The notes under the pieces were generated by a model that did not search any database, was not told the origin of the DNA, and saw only the letters and a list, made by a program, of their open reading frames with translations. From NCBI GenBank assembly GCA_965637545.1, contig OZ281494.1, forward strand, positions 32,364,001 through 32,428,000: DNA of 64,000 nucleotides, in the 5' to 3' direction. The position numbers were made by a program, and so were the translations under genes. This document shows positions 25,601 through 40,021 of the stretch, one piece after another (positions within the stretch are counted from its first letter, which is position 1; each line of letters starts with the position of its first letter). Source of the DNA: Phallusia mammillata. Its lineage: Eukaryota.

Positions 25601-28600
25601 CAACGCCAGCCTAATACCTTCTGGCGACGTAAAATCTTGAGATGTTAATCTGTGAGGTTTTCCCACAATGGCGTGATGTTCTAGAGGGCAAAAGGTTTCC
25701 CAGCGTTATTAATGAAGACCTCAATCGCGCTTCTACGGCGCCGAGACGTTCGAAAAATCAAAGGCTTGCTAAAGCAAACACTTCCAAGCAATTAGGTATG
25801 TTTCACGATTTACGCGGCGCTGTTTTAATGCGTCACAACGCCCCATTGCCTACGTAACAATAGGCGCAAAAGCATTTTCGACATCCTGTTTGGTGCCGAG
25901 GCAAAAGTATTCCACAACCATTGTCCGCGCACGATTCGAATTCCTTTCAAAGTCGCGCCATTAACGCTCTCAGCGCGACTCCGCTAAATTAAAGCTTGAT
26001 GCCTCCTCGGTTTTTGCCGTCGAGCGCGATAAGAAACAGTGTTTTGTGACGTCATACACGACGGTTATCGAATGAAAACAATCGCTCGGGAGTTTGGGAA
26101 TAGACGATTGTTGCTTTAGCGCCAAACGCGTTTTCAATCAAGTTTTATGTTCATAATCTCGCCCATGGAACGGTTCCGCCCACGTACATTTAACTATTGA
26201 GTTGTATTTAGTTTTTGTTTACTACTAAAAACAGCAAGATCAAAAGTTCAAGTAATGCTTCCATTTAAAACAAATTGAAAACCACATTAGATACCTTTTG
26301 CGGATAATGACAGTTGACTTCGTAATGTAGGATCTTAAATGCACAGCGGGTCTAAAACCAAGCTCCTTGTACTCAACTCTCTAGGACCTTGCCAGTGTAT
26401 TAGTTTTTCACTTTTAAAAACCATGTTTTGTCTTAGCATTACATTACCCTGAGCCGGCCAAACGAAAATTTCAATTAATATGACAAGAATTGAGTCACAA
26501 AAGTGTTTTGTATGTCATTAAGTCGGTCAATCGAACACTCACAAAAAGTCATTTCATTCCCCGAGCTCTGAATTAAGCAACAGTAAGTATGGCTTTTTCT
26601 GATTTGAAAATCAGGTTTTAGAAGATTTTTATGCCAGAATTTGTGGGTCTATGTAATAATACTTGGTATTATTGTTTAAGCTAGTTTCAACCTTATTCGT
26701 TGATAGGCGAAATACACATTGTTGTAAATCTAAAATCAAGGATAAGACTACGTGCTATTTGCACTGCAGACGAAAAAATCGCCAAACGTCCAATTTTGTT
26801 TTATTGCCAATTTAACATACGGGTGATTTTAAATCGTTTAGTTTATCGCTGCAGTCGGTCGCCAGATTTCGCGTTGTTTTGATCGATTCAAGCCCGATCG
26901 GTTCGTGGTAATCGAACCCACAACCGTCGTAACATTAACACCCAATCGGGGATTTTACGACGTAAACAAATAGAGGTCCCATATTTTCGCGCCAATAATA
27001 GACCTCTCATAAATAATCTGACAAAATGTGGCGAGGGTGATTAGAATAGTCGATTGTGAGACAAACATCTCCAAGGACGGTCGTTGTAATGTCATAAAAT
27101 TAATTTGCGTAATCAATATGCTATTAAAATAGATTTTTTTCACGGCATTTTGTCACATGTGACTGTAATAGGTAAAAGGGTTCGAATTTTACCACTGGGC
27201 AAGCTTTTTTGCATTGCTTGAGAACAATCCTGTATACTTTAAACTAAAATCACCCAGCTCGTTGCTTGGTGGATAAATAATATAATGAGCCTTATACTTA
27301 TTGATTCAAGTTTATGATAAATTTGTAATTCATTCATCCTTAAGATTCTAAGATAAATATATTTCTTTACAGCATCATTGGTTCTATAAGCAAGTTTTTC
27401 ATAAAATTGAATGCTTAAAAAGCTGTGCATTTTTCGTTCAAATTTCGGACGACAATTGAAAGCATTTGTTGTATGCCTAAATATTACGATTTAAAGGTTC
27501 TAGCATCAAACAAAAATATAACAAAAACGCTTCCAAGGGCGACTGGTCAATCTAAAATTCACAGAGCAATGATTGTTTAACGCAACGTTACTGTATGACG
27601 TCACAAGTTACAATCCCGAGTAATCACGTCACTATCCATTTTCAAATAACGTCAGTTTGCTCCTAATTTTCTTTAGCCTAAACGGGGCGATCTGTGTTTA
27701 ACGTATAAATAGAACAAAGGGGCTTTGGTTTTGATAGAAATGGGGACTTCAATAACAATGTTTATCGTTTGGGAAGCAGAACATGAATCAGATCGAATAA
27801 TCGTTTCGAAACTTGTGTCATCAAATCCTGTTCCAGTTTGAATCGCAATGAAATCATCAAAACCTCGACAAGTTGATGGCGCCATAATATTTGGCTACTT
27901 CACTGTGACAATATTGTCTAACCGGATGCATCAACATTAAGTCAACACAACACATTGTGACTTTGATGGTGGGCTTGATAATGGTTTGAGTTTCGAGTTT
28001 ATGTGGTAAATAGCATTCTACAATGTCTCTGCAATTAGTTTAGAGTTACTTTTTTCCCCACTAATTTCTACACACAAAAATTGTTTGCGTTACAACCCTC
28101 GAAGAAGCCCTTTTGCCATCATCAGTGATATGAAATGCCACATCAGTTATACCCGTTTATAACCACTAAACCCATGAGTCGCATAAAAAATTGATGAAAA
28201 GGTGCAAACAAGGAGCGCGTAAAAAAGATAGATAAAGCAAGTCGCTTTTTACGTCCATTTGGGCCGTTATATTCGTCGGGAAACATATAGACAGGCCGTG
28301 TATGATGTTACATAGTTAAACATATTTCTAATTATCATTAAAAAAAGTTGTTGTTGCTATCCAACGTAAACGTACCTAACAAACACGCATTACAACAGCG
28401 TAGGAGGTCCTAGTACAAAACCGATTGATCCGGGGAACAAAAAGGGGGACAATGAGAAATTCGAAAACAGCGTTGAAAGCCAAAAACCCGACGGCAATCA
28501 AGCAAATGTCGGACTATCAGGGGAAACACACACGAAGAGGTGCGTCCAATCATGCGCGACCGACGCTCTATTGTTCGTCGGGTTCGAGAAGCAATCGCGA

Positions 28601-28629
28601 TTCGCGGCGGGTGGGGGGAGGGTTATTAC

Positions 28630-28643
28630 GTTGCCATGGCGAC
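28630..28643. promoter_or_regulatory. RFX X-box within a CpG/GC-rich promoter-like island
   Basis: GTTGCCATGGCGAC matches the palindromic X-box GTTGCCATGGCAAC at 13/14 positions, with a CCAAT box about 85 bp away. Confidence 0.45.
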
Positions 28644-30791
28644 CGACAGACACGGGATAATCTAGGTATTCCTCGACAGGCAAGACAAAGGCCATCGCGA
28701 ATCGCGCCGCGCGTAATTAAGCGCCGTGCCCATTCGAACTCGCCCGAGCGTGACGGGAGCGGCGAAAAAATAAACGAGAAGCTTTTTGTGTGGGACGTTT
28801 TGGAACGGCGGGCGTTCGAAGTGGAGGGGAGGTATTAATACAGCGAATAGCACGAGAGTAAATAGATTATGAATTAACGAGCAAAAAGCGCCGGAACGTT
28901 TAATTGATGAAGGAAGGCTCGACCCGCGAAGACCTTCTTTTCTTCTCGCGCCGTTTATCAAAATATTCCAGCGCCTGTTTTGTTTTCCTATGCGTTTAAT
29001 TGAAAGCAACGCTCCGTTGAGGCGACGACGCTAGTTTTTGTGTAACTGGTTTTAATTGGCCTCGGTCACACAATGCGCACTGAAATAATATTGATACGGG
29101 GAGTAGATGCCGTTTTGCGATTCATTAGTTCTATTTCTATTGTCATAAACGCGAATAGCAAAAGAAAATTGATCAGCGATTGTTCGCGGCACTACACACA
29201 AACGAAGCATAACAAATTTCAAAATGTCTTCATATTGGCTAGGAATAATTTCATAGGTAAAATCCTTCTGTAAAATTCCCTTAGAATTTAGACTCACCGA
29301 CTTCATAAGCCCGTAGTCGGTTACAAACAAGAACTGAAATTGCCTGAAATAGTTTTCATGTTCATCTTAATCGCTTGCAAATTATTCAGAAGACTGGATA
29401 CGTCTGACTGCACAAACTTGTTTGCAAACCCGCTTTCTTTGCTGCGCGTTGTAATCTCTCATTTTTGACAATTTAATTACCTACTGAAGTCACAAACGAA
29501 ACACTCTAAATTCGATGGGAATTCGAAAAGCAACCCATAAATTTAAAACATCAACCAAAACGATTAGAACTAAAAACTTTGTTTATCACCTATTCTGATC
29601 AGAATATATAACGTACACCTTCAAAATCCAAACCTTCCAAAAATGACACAATCGAACATTTTAAAGTGACAAACCAAGAAAAGAAACACAATACTTTCTT
29701 TCAGAAATGCGTCAAGAGTTCCCATCAAAAGCGGACGTAGCACGACTTCCGGGTTTCACATGCTCAAAACTCCCACGCTCCCAACGGCAGACAATCGGAA
29801 GTGGCAATTAACGCAGAATGACCTTAGAATGACTTTGGCGTCAGATTTGCGTGAAGCACGCGTCGGTTTTGGCCCAGACGCCGGGTTTTAGGGCCGACGG
29901 GCGTGTGAATGGCCGACATTTTTGGCCAGGGCTCTATGACAACCGTTTGATGACATGTATTTGGCGTGGAGGGCCGACTTTTCAATGCTTCAGGGGCCAG
30001 AAGTAGTGCGTAATGCAATGAGCTATAATTAGATGCCAGTTATAAGGGAATCGCGACTTGAATTTCGGCTCACACTGCGCTGGTAGGGCCTGAAATTTTT
30101 AGCTATGTTGCATGAAATAAAACATGGAGGGTATAAACTTTATCATTGCGGCCAATGTCTCGTCACCAGCCGCATTGATAAGACTGCAAAGGTCAAAACA
30201 GTGTGCACTGTCTACAGCTGTCTACATTTAACATGTATGGGCCCGATGCTTTTGTAATTTCGATTTTAAACTGCGTTTACGAAATAAAGGCTGGAGAGTA
30301 ATACATTATCGTTTTTGTCTTGTTTATTTATTTTTTTAATCAAAAGAGTGGTCAACTATACAAAAAAATTAAAAAATAACCCCAAAAAAACCAAACACAA
30401 TTTTTTACCTTTTAGGCATTTCATAACAAGTACAAAACATTTTAAAAAAGCATTGGTCAATCTAATCAACGTTACACCAGCGCAGAAAAATGTTGTTGCG
30501 GAAAAAACAAATGTAACTCAATCCACAATCGAAATCTACAACAATCAAAAAAGCGTACAAGTACTATGACGTCACTATGCGAAAACCGCGCGGCACCTGT
30601 AGATTACAGAACAACATGCATTGTTACGTCATCGAAAATGGAAACCCGATGAGCCAATGAAACAATACCTCGACGAGAAGCACCTGAAAAGCGCATTGTG
30701 ACGTCACAAGCACGCGTGACATTCTAGAATGCATGGACAAGTGACACGAAATGGAGCGCGACCATTGTACGGGGCTAGAGGGGCAATTAAT

Positions 30792-30823
30792 TGAACTTTG
30801 ACCTCGTCTGTTTCCATAACAAC
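30792..30823. promoter_or_regulatory. Adjacent DR1 nuclear-receptor element and X-box-like site
   Basis: TGAACTTTGACCT (minus strand AGGTCA A AGTTCA) at 30792-30804, and GTTTCCATAACAAC at 30810-30823. Confidence 0.4.
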
Positions 30824-33800
30824 TCGTTTTTCCACGCTGGGTTGACTGTAATTTCAAAACAGCGTCGACCCTTAGTTTCCGTAGGTGTGCTGCTGCGTTT
30901 AATTGACGGAACGAAAATAGAAATATACCCGTCTACCCTAGGGGCGAACCCCCCACACCCCCAAACCTTGATTGTCGCGAAAATTCCGTAACAATTTGGA
31001 TAATGTTGTTTGGCCTGAAACGTTGTTTTTTCCGGGTAGAATGAAGAGACATTATTGGTGCTGTAAAATTTGCCGAGCTCCTAAAAGGCGTTGATTATCC
31101 ATAACGTCCAGATTGGGCCATATTACCAACTATAGCAGACACTATACTGAAAATGTTGTGCCTCTGATTATGTGTCCCAAGTCGTTTTCTTACTTGTTTT
31201 AAATAAGAATAAAATACTGATAATGGAGTTTGAGCTGAGGAATAGACACATCTACATACCCAAGCAAGATCACAGCTTGGACACACAAGCTTATTTCTAT
31301 ATTTACAAAACCGAAATCTTTCTGCGACTTATGCTGGGTTTTCATGAGTTACTAAAGTTTATTGTCAGAAAATTTCCTTATTCAATCAATAACATGACTT
31401 TAGAAACAGAAATTCGTGCTTCGTCTCGCGTTCTAAACACAGTTATTCGAATTTCAATTATGACGTCACACAAGGGAATACTCGAGCGGTGTCAAGTGTT
31501 CGACAACTAGTGGAAAAAGAAGCGTCGCGGTTTGTTCGATTGTCCTCGTATTCTAGAACAACGCAATAAACGACTTAGATGACTTCACGAATGGATATTG
31601 GGGGGACAAGGGGTTAGGTGAGTAATTAAGAACTCCCAGCTTTGTAATTACGTTTGCTTGGGACTTATTTTTAGCGTTGTTATATTGATTTTTGTCTTTG
31701 TAAAGTGTTAAGAGCCTTGGCTTAATGAAAATTTGAACTTTTTGCCAAGTGGACTTAACTGTTGACTTTGACCTTGACTGATCGTTAATTACCACCAGCT
31801 TGCAATTGAAATTTGAATTTTGAGGTTTTTGCGCTATTTGGCGCACACAAATATATTTAGATTACAAATTCGTATATTTTTTACCTTAAACTGGTTGCTT
31901 TACCACGCGTGAGAAACTAAAACACCTGCAGCCACGCATTACAAAGATTTTAAGAATTTCGGCAAGTTTTTGTCAAGTTCATTTATTCGTTTGCCTAATA
32001 ACCTTAAATCCGACCGTAAACAACTCAAATCACGTGTAAAAATGCAGAAAACTAATTGAAAACCGGTCGTCACGGTTCTCTAAACATGTGCAGCGATGCG
32101 GGAGTCCCATTATGACATTATGATATGATAAACGATGGAAATGGCGTCTATATGGGTGGATTTTTTCGTTTCCGATTTAATGCGACTTTGGCTGACAAAA
32201 AACACATAATTGAAACTCACGTAATAGCTTGAAAACTGGAATACGTAGACCTGCTGGTATTATGAAAACATGACGCACAAAGCTATTTTATTTCCTATTT
32301 ACATGACAATTAGGTTTAGTAAATCTTTCTTTATTGGTGAAATCTCCTTGCAAATAAAGAAAATACTGCGACATTTCAGGGTCAGTAATGCAGGAAATTG
32401 CGAAGTGAAAACACTAAACCACTCGCTGTATTTTATTGTTTTTCAAAACGAATGCATGTCGCTTTTATAAGCATTGTAAGTGTCTGAAAAATCGAAAACA
32501 AGACAATTAGGCTTTTTTGAGTAATGACTTCAACAAAATTCTTTTTAAAGATTTAAGACAGCTTTTTGAACACGCCATGCTTTGTTTTTGAGGAACTTCG
32601 AGATCAATAGTGATCAACTCATTCCAGACAAAACCAAAAAAGCGTTCGGTTTTCGCTTGACTGCTGCAAATAATAGGCACAAAAAAGAGCATCGCAAAAA
32701 CAGCACTTTGCCCCACACTAGAGGATTTATCAGATTTTACATCAAAATAACTGACTCCTCAACCCATTAATTAGGGTTTGTCAACGCATCATGCACCTGC
32801 ATAAGGCCAGAACGTTCGTGATTCGGTCGAAAATAGGTCCTCGTTAATTTTGATCGGGTTCTGAGAGCCATAGCGGGAAGGGGCCTGTTTTTCGATAAAC
32901 ATTGTTGTAAAAGATAAGATAAGGATGGGCTCTTTGATGCTAGGACAGGTGTCGCATTTCAGAGTGGGTTAATTATTTTAATGGCCGGCGCCCCTCCTTA
33001 CGGACACTCGCGCTGCGCTCATATGGTAAAATCATGCAGCTATTTTTATGCACTTAAAATTTGATCATATGATTGGATCCAAAATTGTTTTCTGTGCGTG
33101 AGTTGTTTTTGTATTATATCGCTTGTAAATTAAGGTGAATATACAGAACCCAGGTACCCATGATAGTATCTTTTATTAAAGCGTTTTAACAAGCATTGAA
33201 ACAAAGTCTTTTTAATAATTATTTACCATTAATTGGCAAATTTTGTACATAAAATAAGCCTCCTAATTTTAAACATACCTCTTATATCACAACTATTACA
33301 TTTTTTTGTTTATTTACCACCAAAGCCAGTAAATTTCTTTCAATGCTTTCAAAATGCAAAATACTTCTGAAATTGCGTAATTACCACGAAAAACGTTGCC
33401 CCCAGCAACGAGTAATAAAAAAAAATGCTTTACTGGGAGCTCATTTTCGTAAAACGTGATTAAAATGTTTAAAACGAGTTGAAACCGAATCCGAAAATTG
33501 CCATTTACCTTTCGCAGACGGTTTCCCAAATATACCACCAACGGTTTAAAGGAGATTAAAATCTGGGAACACTAAATTCCATTCACTGATTCCTGCGTGG
33601 GAAAACGTCACAACGGGCATTGTTACGTCACTTTAATGACTAACAATCGGACTAAAAAGCAAAACGAAGCAGCATGAAACGGCGCTTTTTTGTGGCAATA
33701 TTACTTTTACCGTTGATCAACAGCCAGGTGCTGGAGATTAAGGAGTCTAATCGCGGAATTACAGGGCCCGTACGGTCCACTGACCAGGCCGGTTGCGTCA

Positions 33801-36800
33801 GATGGTTTGAATAGGGAAGACTTAACAAAATGATGGTAATTACTGCGACTCTTGGTAACGTTTTGATGAAAATATGCTTGATTTTGTTTAAAAAGAAATT
33901 GGTGACCGATGAGTTTTTAATAAGGTCGCTATCTTGTCCACAAAAAATAAATTTACGTTTTTAGATTCTTAACAAGCAACATACATATTTTTACTTTTGT
34001 AGTGTTTCGCAAGTGCCAATGTTTCTGTTTATTTAAAGCCACCTGAGCCATTTTAACTAGTAGATTATCTCTGTATTAAAATTGCAACCTAATTTTAAAC
34101 AAATTTGTACATAATGTTAAAATATCCGATTTCGACAGTAATTAGGTACAGATGCGACCTCAAGCAATCTAAAATCATAAAACAAATCCAAATAAAACAT
34201 TTAGTGGTGATTTTGACGACTTAAAAAAGTTGAGCCAAATAAAGGGAAATTGCGTCGTGACGTCATTGCTAGAGCATTTTTTCGTTCTTCTTTGTAGGCG
34301 CGCTATTTTTGTGGCATTTCCGATTTTCGCGGAAACGCATCAGATCGAGAATTTTTCTTGCAACTTCGCGCGCCGTAAAAACCACGTGACGACAAGCGCC
34401 GGTGATCCGTGACGAGTGCGTCGATTGGAGGAAGAAATCTCCAACTCGTTCAGCTGATTAAATAACGTCCGGAGGGGAAGGGAGTGTTTATTACTCCATG
34501 AAGAAAAGGAATTTCCATTGTAATATCACATAAGTTGGACCAGGTAGCCTACTAAGGATTAAAATTTATCTTACTCGAAAATGAAAAGAAATTGAATTTC
34601 TGAGTTAAACTTAAAAGGTCTTTCTATTTTTTGGGGGTCGATTATCGTTTGTTTGTTGTACGCTTTCACTAACTCTTGGTTGACGACTCAATGTTGTATC
34701 GTGGTTCGTGTTTGTCTACTCTCTCTGCGCAGGCTCAAATAAGTTATATCACACCCACACAGCCTTTCAAAAAAGGCGTTTAAAGGTTTTTACCGTCATG
34801 ATACAGTATATCAAACATAGGTATAAAGAACAATTGCAAAAACGAGCTCTGTTAGTTTATTTTTATGCCTTGCAGCAACAGTTTATGCATATACTTAAGA
34901 TCGTCACGCATTTTTTGACCACAGCAAAAAATAACAATCCACCAATCTTTATGAGTGTTGCAGAAATTATACTGAATGTATCACCCAGCTGTTGTAGGCC
35001 GCTCGGACAATAACTCTCATATCATCCGTTTTAAAGGATTTGAAAAAAATACATACTATTTACCTGGCACGAATTCATGTTTGTCAAACCCAACGATTGA
35101 CAACATTGCAATATTAGGACCAATCATAAAAATTGACCCTTTGGGCATTCCGGACCCTATTTTTTACCCACTGATTGGGGGTGCTCAAAGGGGGCGTTTA
35201 CATACGTCACAAAATACCCTTAGTTTAGAACCCCGAAATTCCGAGGGGCCAAATATTGTAATGAGGGGCTTTAAATCACCCATCTAGACCCATGTAATTG
35301 GGGCCGAGGCACGGATTAGAGATTATTGAGTGCAATCCGGCATAAAATTGAAGTCTGCCGCTGGATATTTGGTTTGAGACTAATGATCGCGCGTTACGCA
35401 TGAATGAAGATGATAACCAGTGACGAAAGATTGCGATGAAGGTCACCTTGAGGGGCACGTGTAGTTCATCGTTTTTTTTCGGTAGAATAGTGGTAAATTT
35501 AAAGTAACTCGTCTCTATAAATTACATTTTGAGATATTTGCATTGGGGCAACTTTATTTCTCTGTCAAAAGACCACGCTACTAAACTTAAATCCTCTTTT
35601 ACAGGGCTGTTTAAAACAATAAATAAATGATCTTGTAACTTTTCCGTCAGATTATTTGACAACTGAATTTCTTTCTTTCATAATTTAATGAATTTTAAAA
35701 GGGGTCCTGAACCAGGGGTAAATTGACCCCCAAATTTACAGGGGTAAATATACGACTTATGAGATATTCAAGTAAGCGTCATTTTGGACATTCCTTGTAC
35801 GATGCGAAATGATTTGTGTGATTTGGTCCATAAAGTTAACAATGTCATGAACACTATAGCAACACATACTGTTAAGTAAGTCGTTGACAATTAAAACGCA
35901 GTAAAATGTGAGGGGATATATATAACTATCTTCGGAAGCGACCAAGCGTTAAACAAAGGGCTTGAGGGTAGTTTTAAGCATTAACAACGGTTATTTCATT
36001 AATAAAAGTGCTCTGATGAACGGTTGTTCCATTTTCCTGTCGCATTTTAGCTACACCATCATAAGACTAAATGGTTAAAAATCATAATTTTTCAACACAA
36101 TCGTGACCGAAGTGTTTGTGCTAATATCATTAACTGCAGTTGTGGTTCAAATTTTGCAAAAGAGTGTTTCTCAATCTAATACTGTTTATTGTTCAATGCT
36201 GTTTGGCCATGAGGGTAATCAAATTTTCACAAATGTTATCTATGTTCGCACATACCTCAACCGTACCATTATATCAACCCAAAAGCGATTATGCATTCGG
36301 TAAAAAGTAAAAGAGCACAGATGGCTGATATAAATGCCCGGAGAAAAGAACTTCAAAAACAGGCAATCACCGATTAAAATAACCGGCCTAGCGTCTTGTA
36401 AAGCTTTCAAGACATCAGTTGGACGATTGTAGTCGCAGATAAGGCAAAATATTCAACAATTTCATGCTTGAATTTACTTTTGTAATCAAACACGGCCGAA
36501 CAATTTACGGGCCTGCTTTAAATCGGCCTTAAAGAATTGCAGAGATAAAATTGTTTTGGAGAAATAAAAGTGCTCTGATGTTTTGAGAGCTCCAAATGAG
36601 CGTTCGTTTGAAACACGTTTTTACGGTTTCTAAATCTTTTAGAAACATAATGTCTATGCTTGTTTCAAAAGTCAAAACATGCACTTTTAATGACCAGAAT
36701 ACACTAAATTGTAGCAGTAAAAAATATTTGGTTTCTTGTTGCAAAAAGCTTGTTGTTGGCCAAAATAATTCAAACAATTTAGCCTAAAAATGAAGTCTGA

Positions 36801-39800
36801 ATTATTGGTTGTTTTGTAACATCTTTGTTTTATTTGACACCGAAATAGAAAAAGGCCATAAAGGTTTTTAATTTCAACAACACGGGTAAAATTCCTATCC
36901 ATTTGTTTCCCTGCTTTACGTCGTCATAATGAAACACATTATTACAACATAACCCATAGACTAGGTGGGAGAAGATTTCGAAAAACTCAAAAATCAGGAA
37001 AAAACAAAAAAATAAACGATGCAACTGATGGTTTCGGAGCGCATCGAGGCGCGAGAAAACAACTTCTCTAGAATGCGCTTCATTGTGACGTCACAGAGCG
37101 CGTAGGGGGATAATTAGAAGGCGGCGACCGAATAGCGTGCGACGGCAAGAGGAGCGGTATTAATGCATGCGATGTAATATAAGCAAGGTAATTGAGATGC
37201 TATCGCAAAGTTTGGGGGGGTAATTGAAGTTGCTTTGGGGGGGCCACAAAAATTGGCGTGAAGAGCAATTTCGTGTCGCTGATGTCTTAACGTGACGATC
37301 AAAACTCGCAATTACGGAGAAATTATTACGTTTTTTTGCGCAACATGATCTTTCTAATCGCTCCTGCGTTGCCGCGACGAAGGTCATGGCGTTTAAGGGA
37401 TTTTACTTCTCCATCAATCGGGCGTATTTAAAATGCCGCCGGAATATCGCATGTGCAATTTACCTGGTCACAGTACACCGGATCAATGCTCTCGGACCAG
37501 CGACATGCCGACAAGTGTACGTTTAAGTATTAAAACACAACTATACACTTATTCTCGCAAACTCAAATTAAAATGACATTAAATTATCAAAACGTCAAAA
37601 TCGACACCCTCGCCCCTGGCGCTCGGGATAAATCTCTCTTCTTCTCTCTATCCTGCTTCCTCCCGTTGCTTGGCAACCTGATTCTAAGCGTTAAATTCGC
37701 AATTACGTTAAGCCCTGAACTGGAACCCGGAACCAGGAACGCGGTGTCGTCGCGCCCCGAGGCAGTAATAGAAACAATATTAAACTGTTTAGTCAGGTCG
37801 CGTGAAAAACTGCTAAGATAATATTACAAGTGAATCAACGCCGAAAATGACATTAAGTTACGACTTTATACTTCCCTTTAGCAGGTTGTGGTTTAAAAAA
37901 TCTGAACTAGTACAAACGAGACCTAGGATATAAAGTCATAGCATTTCACTACCCTACTCCCAAAATCATTCCTTTAGTAAGTATGTAAACTACAAAATTT
38001 CTGCTTTGCGCTTTGTAAACTCTGACAAGGTGGTAAAGCATGGATATGATTTAGAAACTATTGAGGATCTTAAGCACAAAGGTCCCCTTAAATTTGCATA
38101 AAAGGCTGAAAATCCCCAAACACAAACGATTTACGGGGTTCTGTGATGTAATGCGATTTCCAAGACGTCCAAGCATTCCATTTACCTTTACAACCAAGAT
38201 TCTAGGGACGTTAAATCAACATTTGAAACATAATTTGCCAAGTCACAAAAACTTCTGTAGATACTGTAGGTACTTTTTACCTAGGGTAAGTGTGCCCCCT
38301 GGGGTACGAAGCACCTAGGTACGAGATATGGTTTCAACATAGTGGTGTTGAAGGTCCATTTGTTTACGTCAAGTTTTCGGTTATGGTAATGAATGTTTAT
38401 TAAAGAACAATTTCACAACTATGCCACTAAATGGGTAAAAATCCATCCATTTACCCACAATTACTGTATTTTTGTCTACTTATGTCATTTCATTTCAGAC
38501 CATGGGTATGAAAAGGAAAAGTCATAGCAACGTTAAGAACGGTAAAGAGTTAAAAGCCACTCGGCCAATGTATCCGTTTCATGGAATGATTTAAAGACAT
38601 TGTGAGAATATTTACGCAAAAGTTGCGTTTGATATATAATCTTTAATTAGGTCGCCGATATTTGTAAGTTGCAGACTTTTGGCTATATGCAATTTTTCTA
38701 TCTCTAAAAACATGCAAATAAAGACAAAACAACGAACCATGACTGAAAGGCCGGACAAAGACGTCACATTCTGGCGTTACGTCATACCGATGATGTCACG
38801 AGAATGTCGAAATCCGAGCAACAGAAAAGAAATGATCTTCAATGCAACAAAGTCTGTTTGCGCTTCGACAAAGATCTGACCGGTATCGGTTAAGGGAATA
38901 CCCCTCGACATGACTGTTTCACTTCAGGTTTTTCTACATGTTGTTTTTACGGCCTGCAACACAGAAGTTTAGGGAGGGTTTGGTGTTCAAAACAAAGCGG
39001 TCAGTAAACTTGAATAGAATGCATTGTTTTGGACATTAACAAGTGCTGTTGTCATCATTAATCATCATTTTTTATCAGCAACATTTTTTTTTCTTTTGTC
39101 AAGCGATGACGTCATCATTTACCGATGATGTTTGTACGTGGTTATTTGAAAATGCTAAAAGTGTTGGCTATTACTTGTTTATTTGTCAACTTTTGTCCAA
39201 GCTTTAATAAGGCTAAGAATGCAAGATCAATTTGTACACTATACCTTTAAAAATATCAACGCGAAAACCAAATATAGTCACACAATTATTTGCAAGCTTC
39301 GTCGCAATTTGCCAGCATACCAGGAAAAAGGGTTCAACAACGCTATGCGAAACAGAACAACGAGTTTTCAAAACAAGAACCTGCAACAAACAGACGTTAA
39401 TTGTTACGCAACAAGCGAAGAACCCGCGAAAAAGTTGGCCGCGTCGCGTTTAATCAGCTCGAACGGGGTACCGAGAAGCGCTAATTGAAGCGCGCGGCAT
39501 AACTAGTTCTAGAACGGCGTGACGAGCCCGTGAGGACATCACAGAAGTTTCGCGACCCTTATCACCTGACTCCAATTTCCGCGCTCTTGATTGGTTTTCC
39601 CACGAATGCGGTGAAGCGTGACGACGTTCAGGTCGTTAACTGTGCCCCAGTAAATATTGTTGCTAATTGGGGGAGGGGGTAAGAGAGAGGGGGCTGATGC
39701 GCCCCTCTCGGCCTCCACTCTAATTGCTCGTGTATTGTCAAAACACTTGGGCTCTTAATTGACGAGGAAACGGTTCGACTGTCTCGAACTATTTTTCGCC

Positions 39801-39955
39801 TGTCATTTGCACGGGATATTTTTTCCTGGACAAATTTTGGTTTAACGAACATTTTAACCATCTGTCGCCTCTAGTGGCTGGACTTTATGTCGACCAGTGC
39901 CAGGGAAAAAAGTTACATTAGGTTTGACCATCAAGTATACACGAGAACATATTCA

Positions 39956-40021
39956 GGTGTAGTCTTTAGTGTTCAAGCCCTCTGCAAACAAAATATAAGG
40001 TGGTGAGTTCAAATCCCACCA
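39956..40021 (+). mobile_element. Degenerate tRNA-derived SINE head (not a functional tRNA)
   Basis: An A-box-like GGTGTAGTCTTTAGTGTT is followed by a B-box/T-arm GGTGAGTTCAAATCCCACC. No complete cloverleaf. Confidence 0.4.

Noticed and set aside
26493-26505. AGTCACAAAAGTG resembling miR-153
   Set aside because: The seed region does not match and no hairpin is evident.
28425-29009. Overlapping 65-137 aa ORFs in the GC-rich island
   Set aside because: No recognisable domain or splice context. Open frames are expected in GC-rich regulatory DNA.
36001-36580. 18-bp direct repeat AATAAAAGTGCTCTGATG at 36001 and 36563
   Set aside because: The repeat is real but has no TIRs, no further similarity and no interpretable structure.
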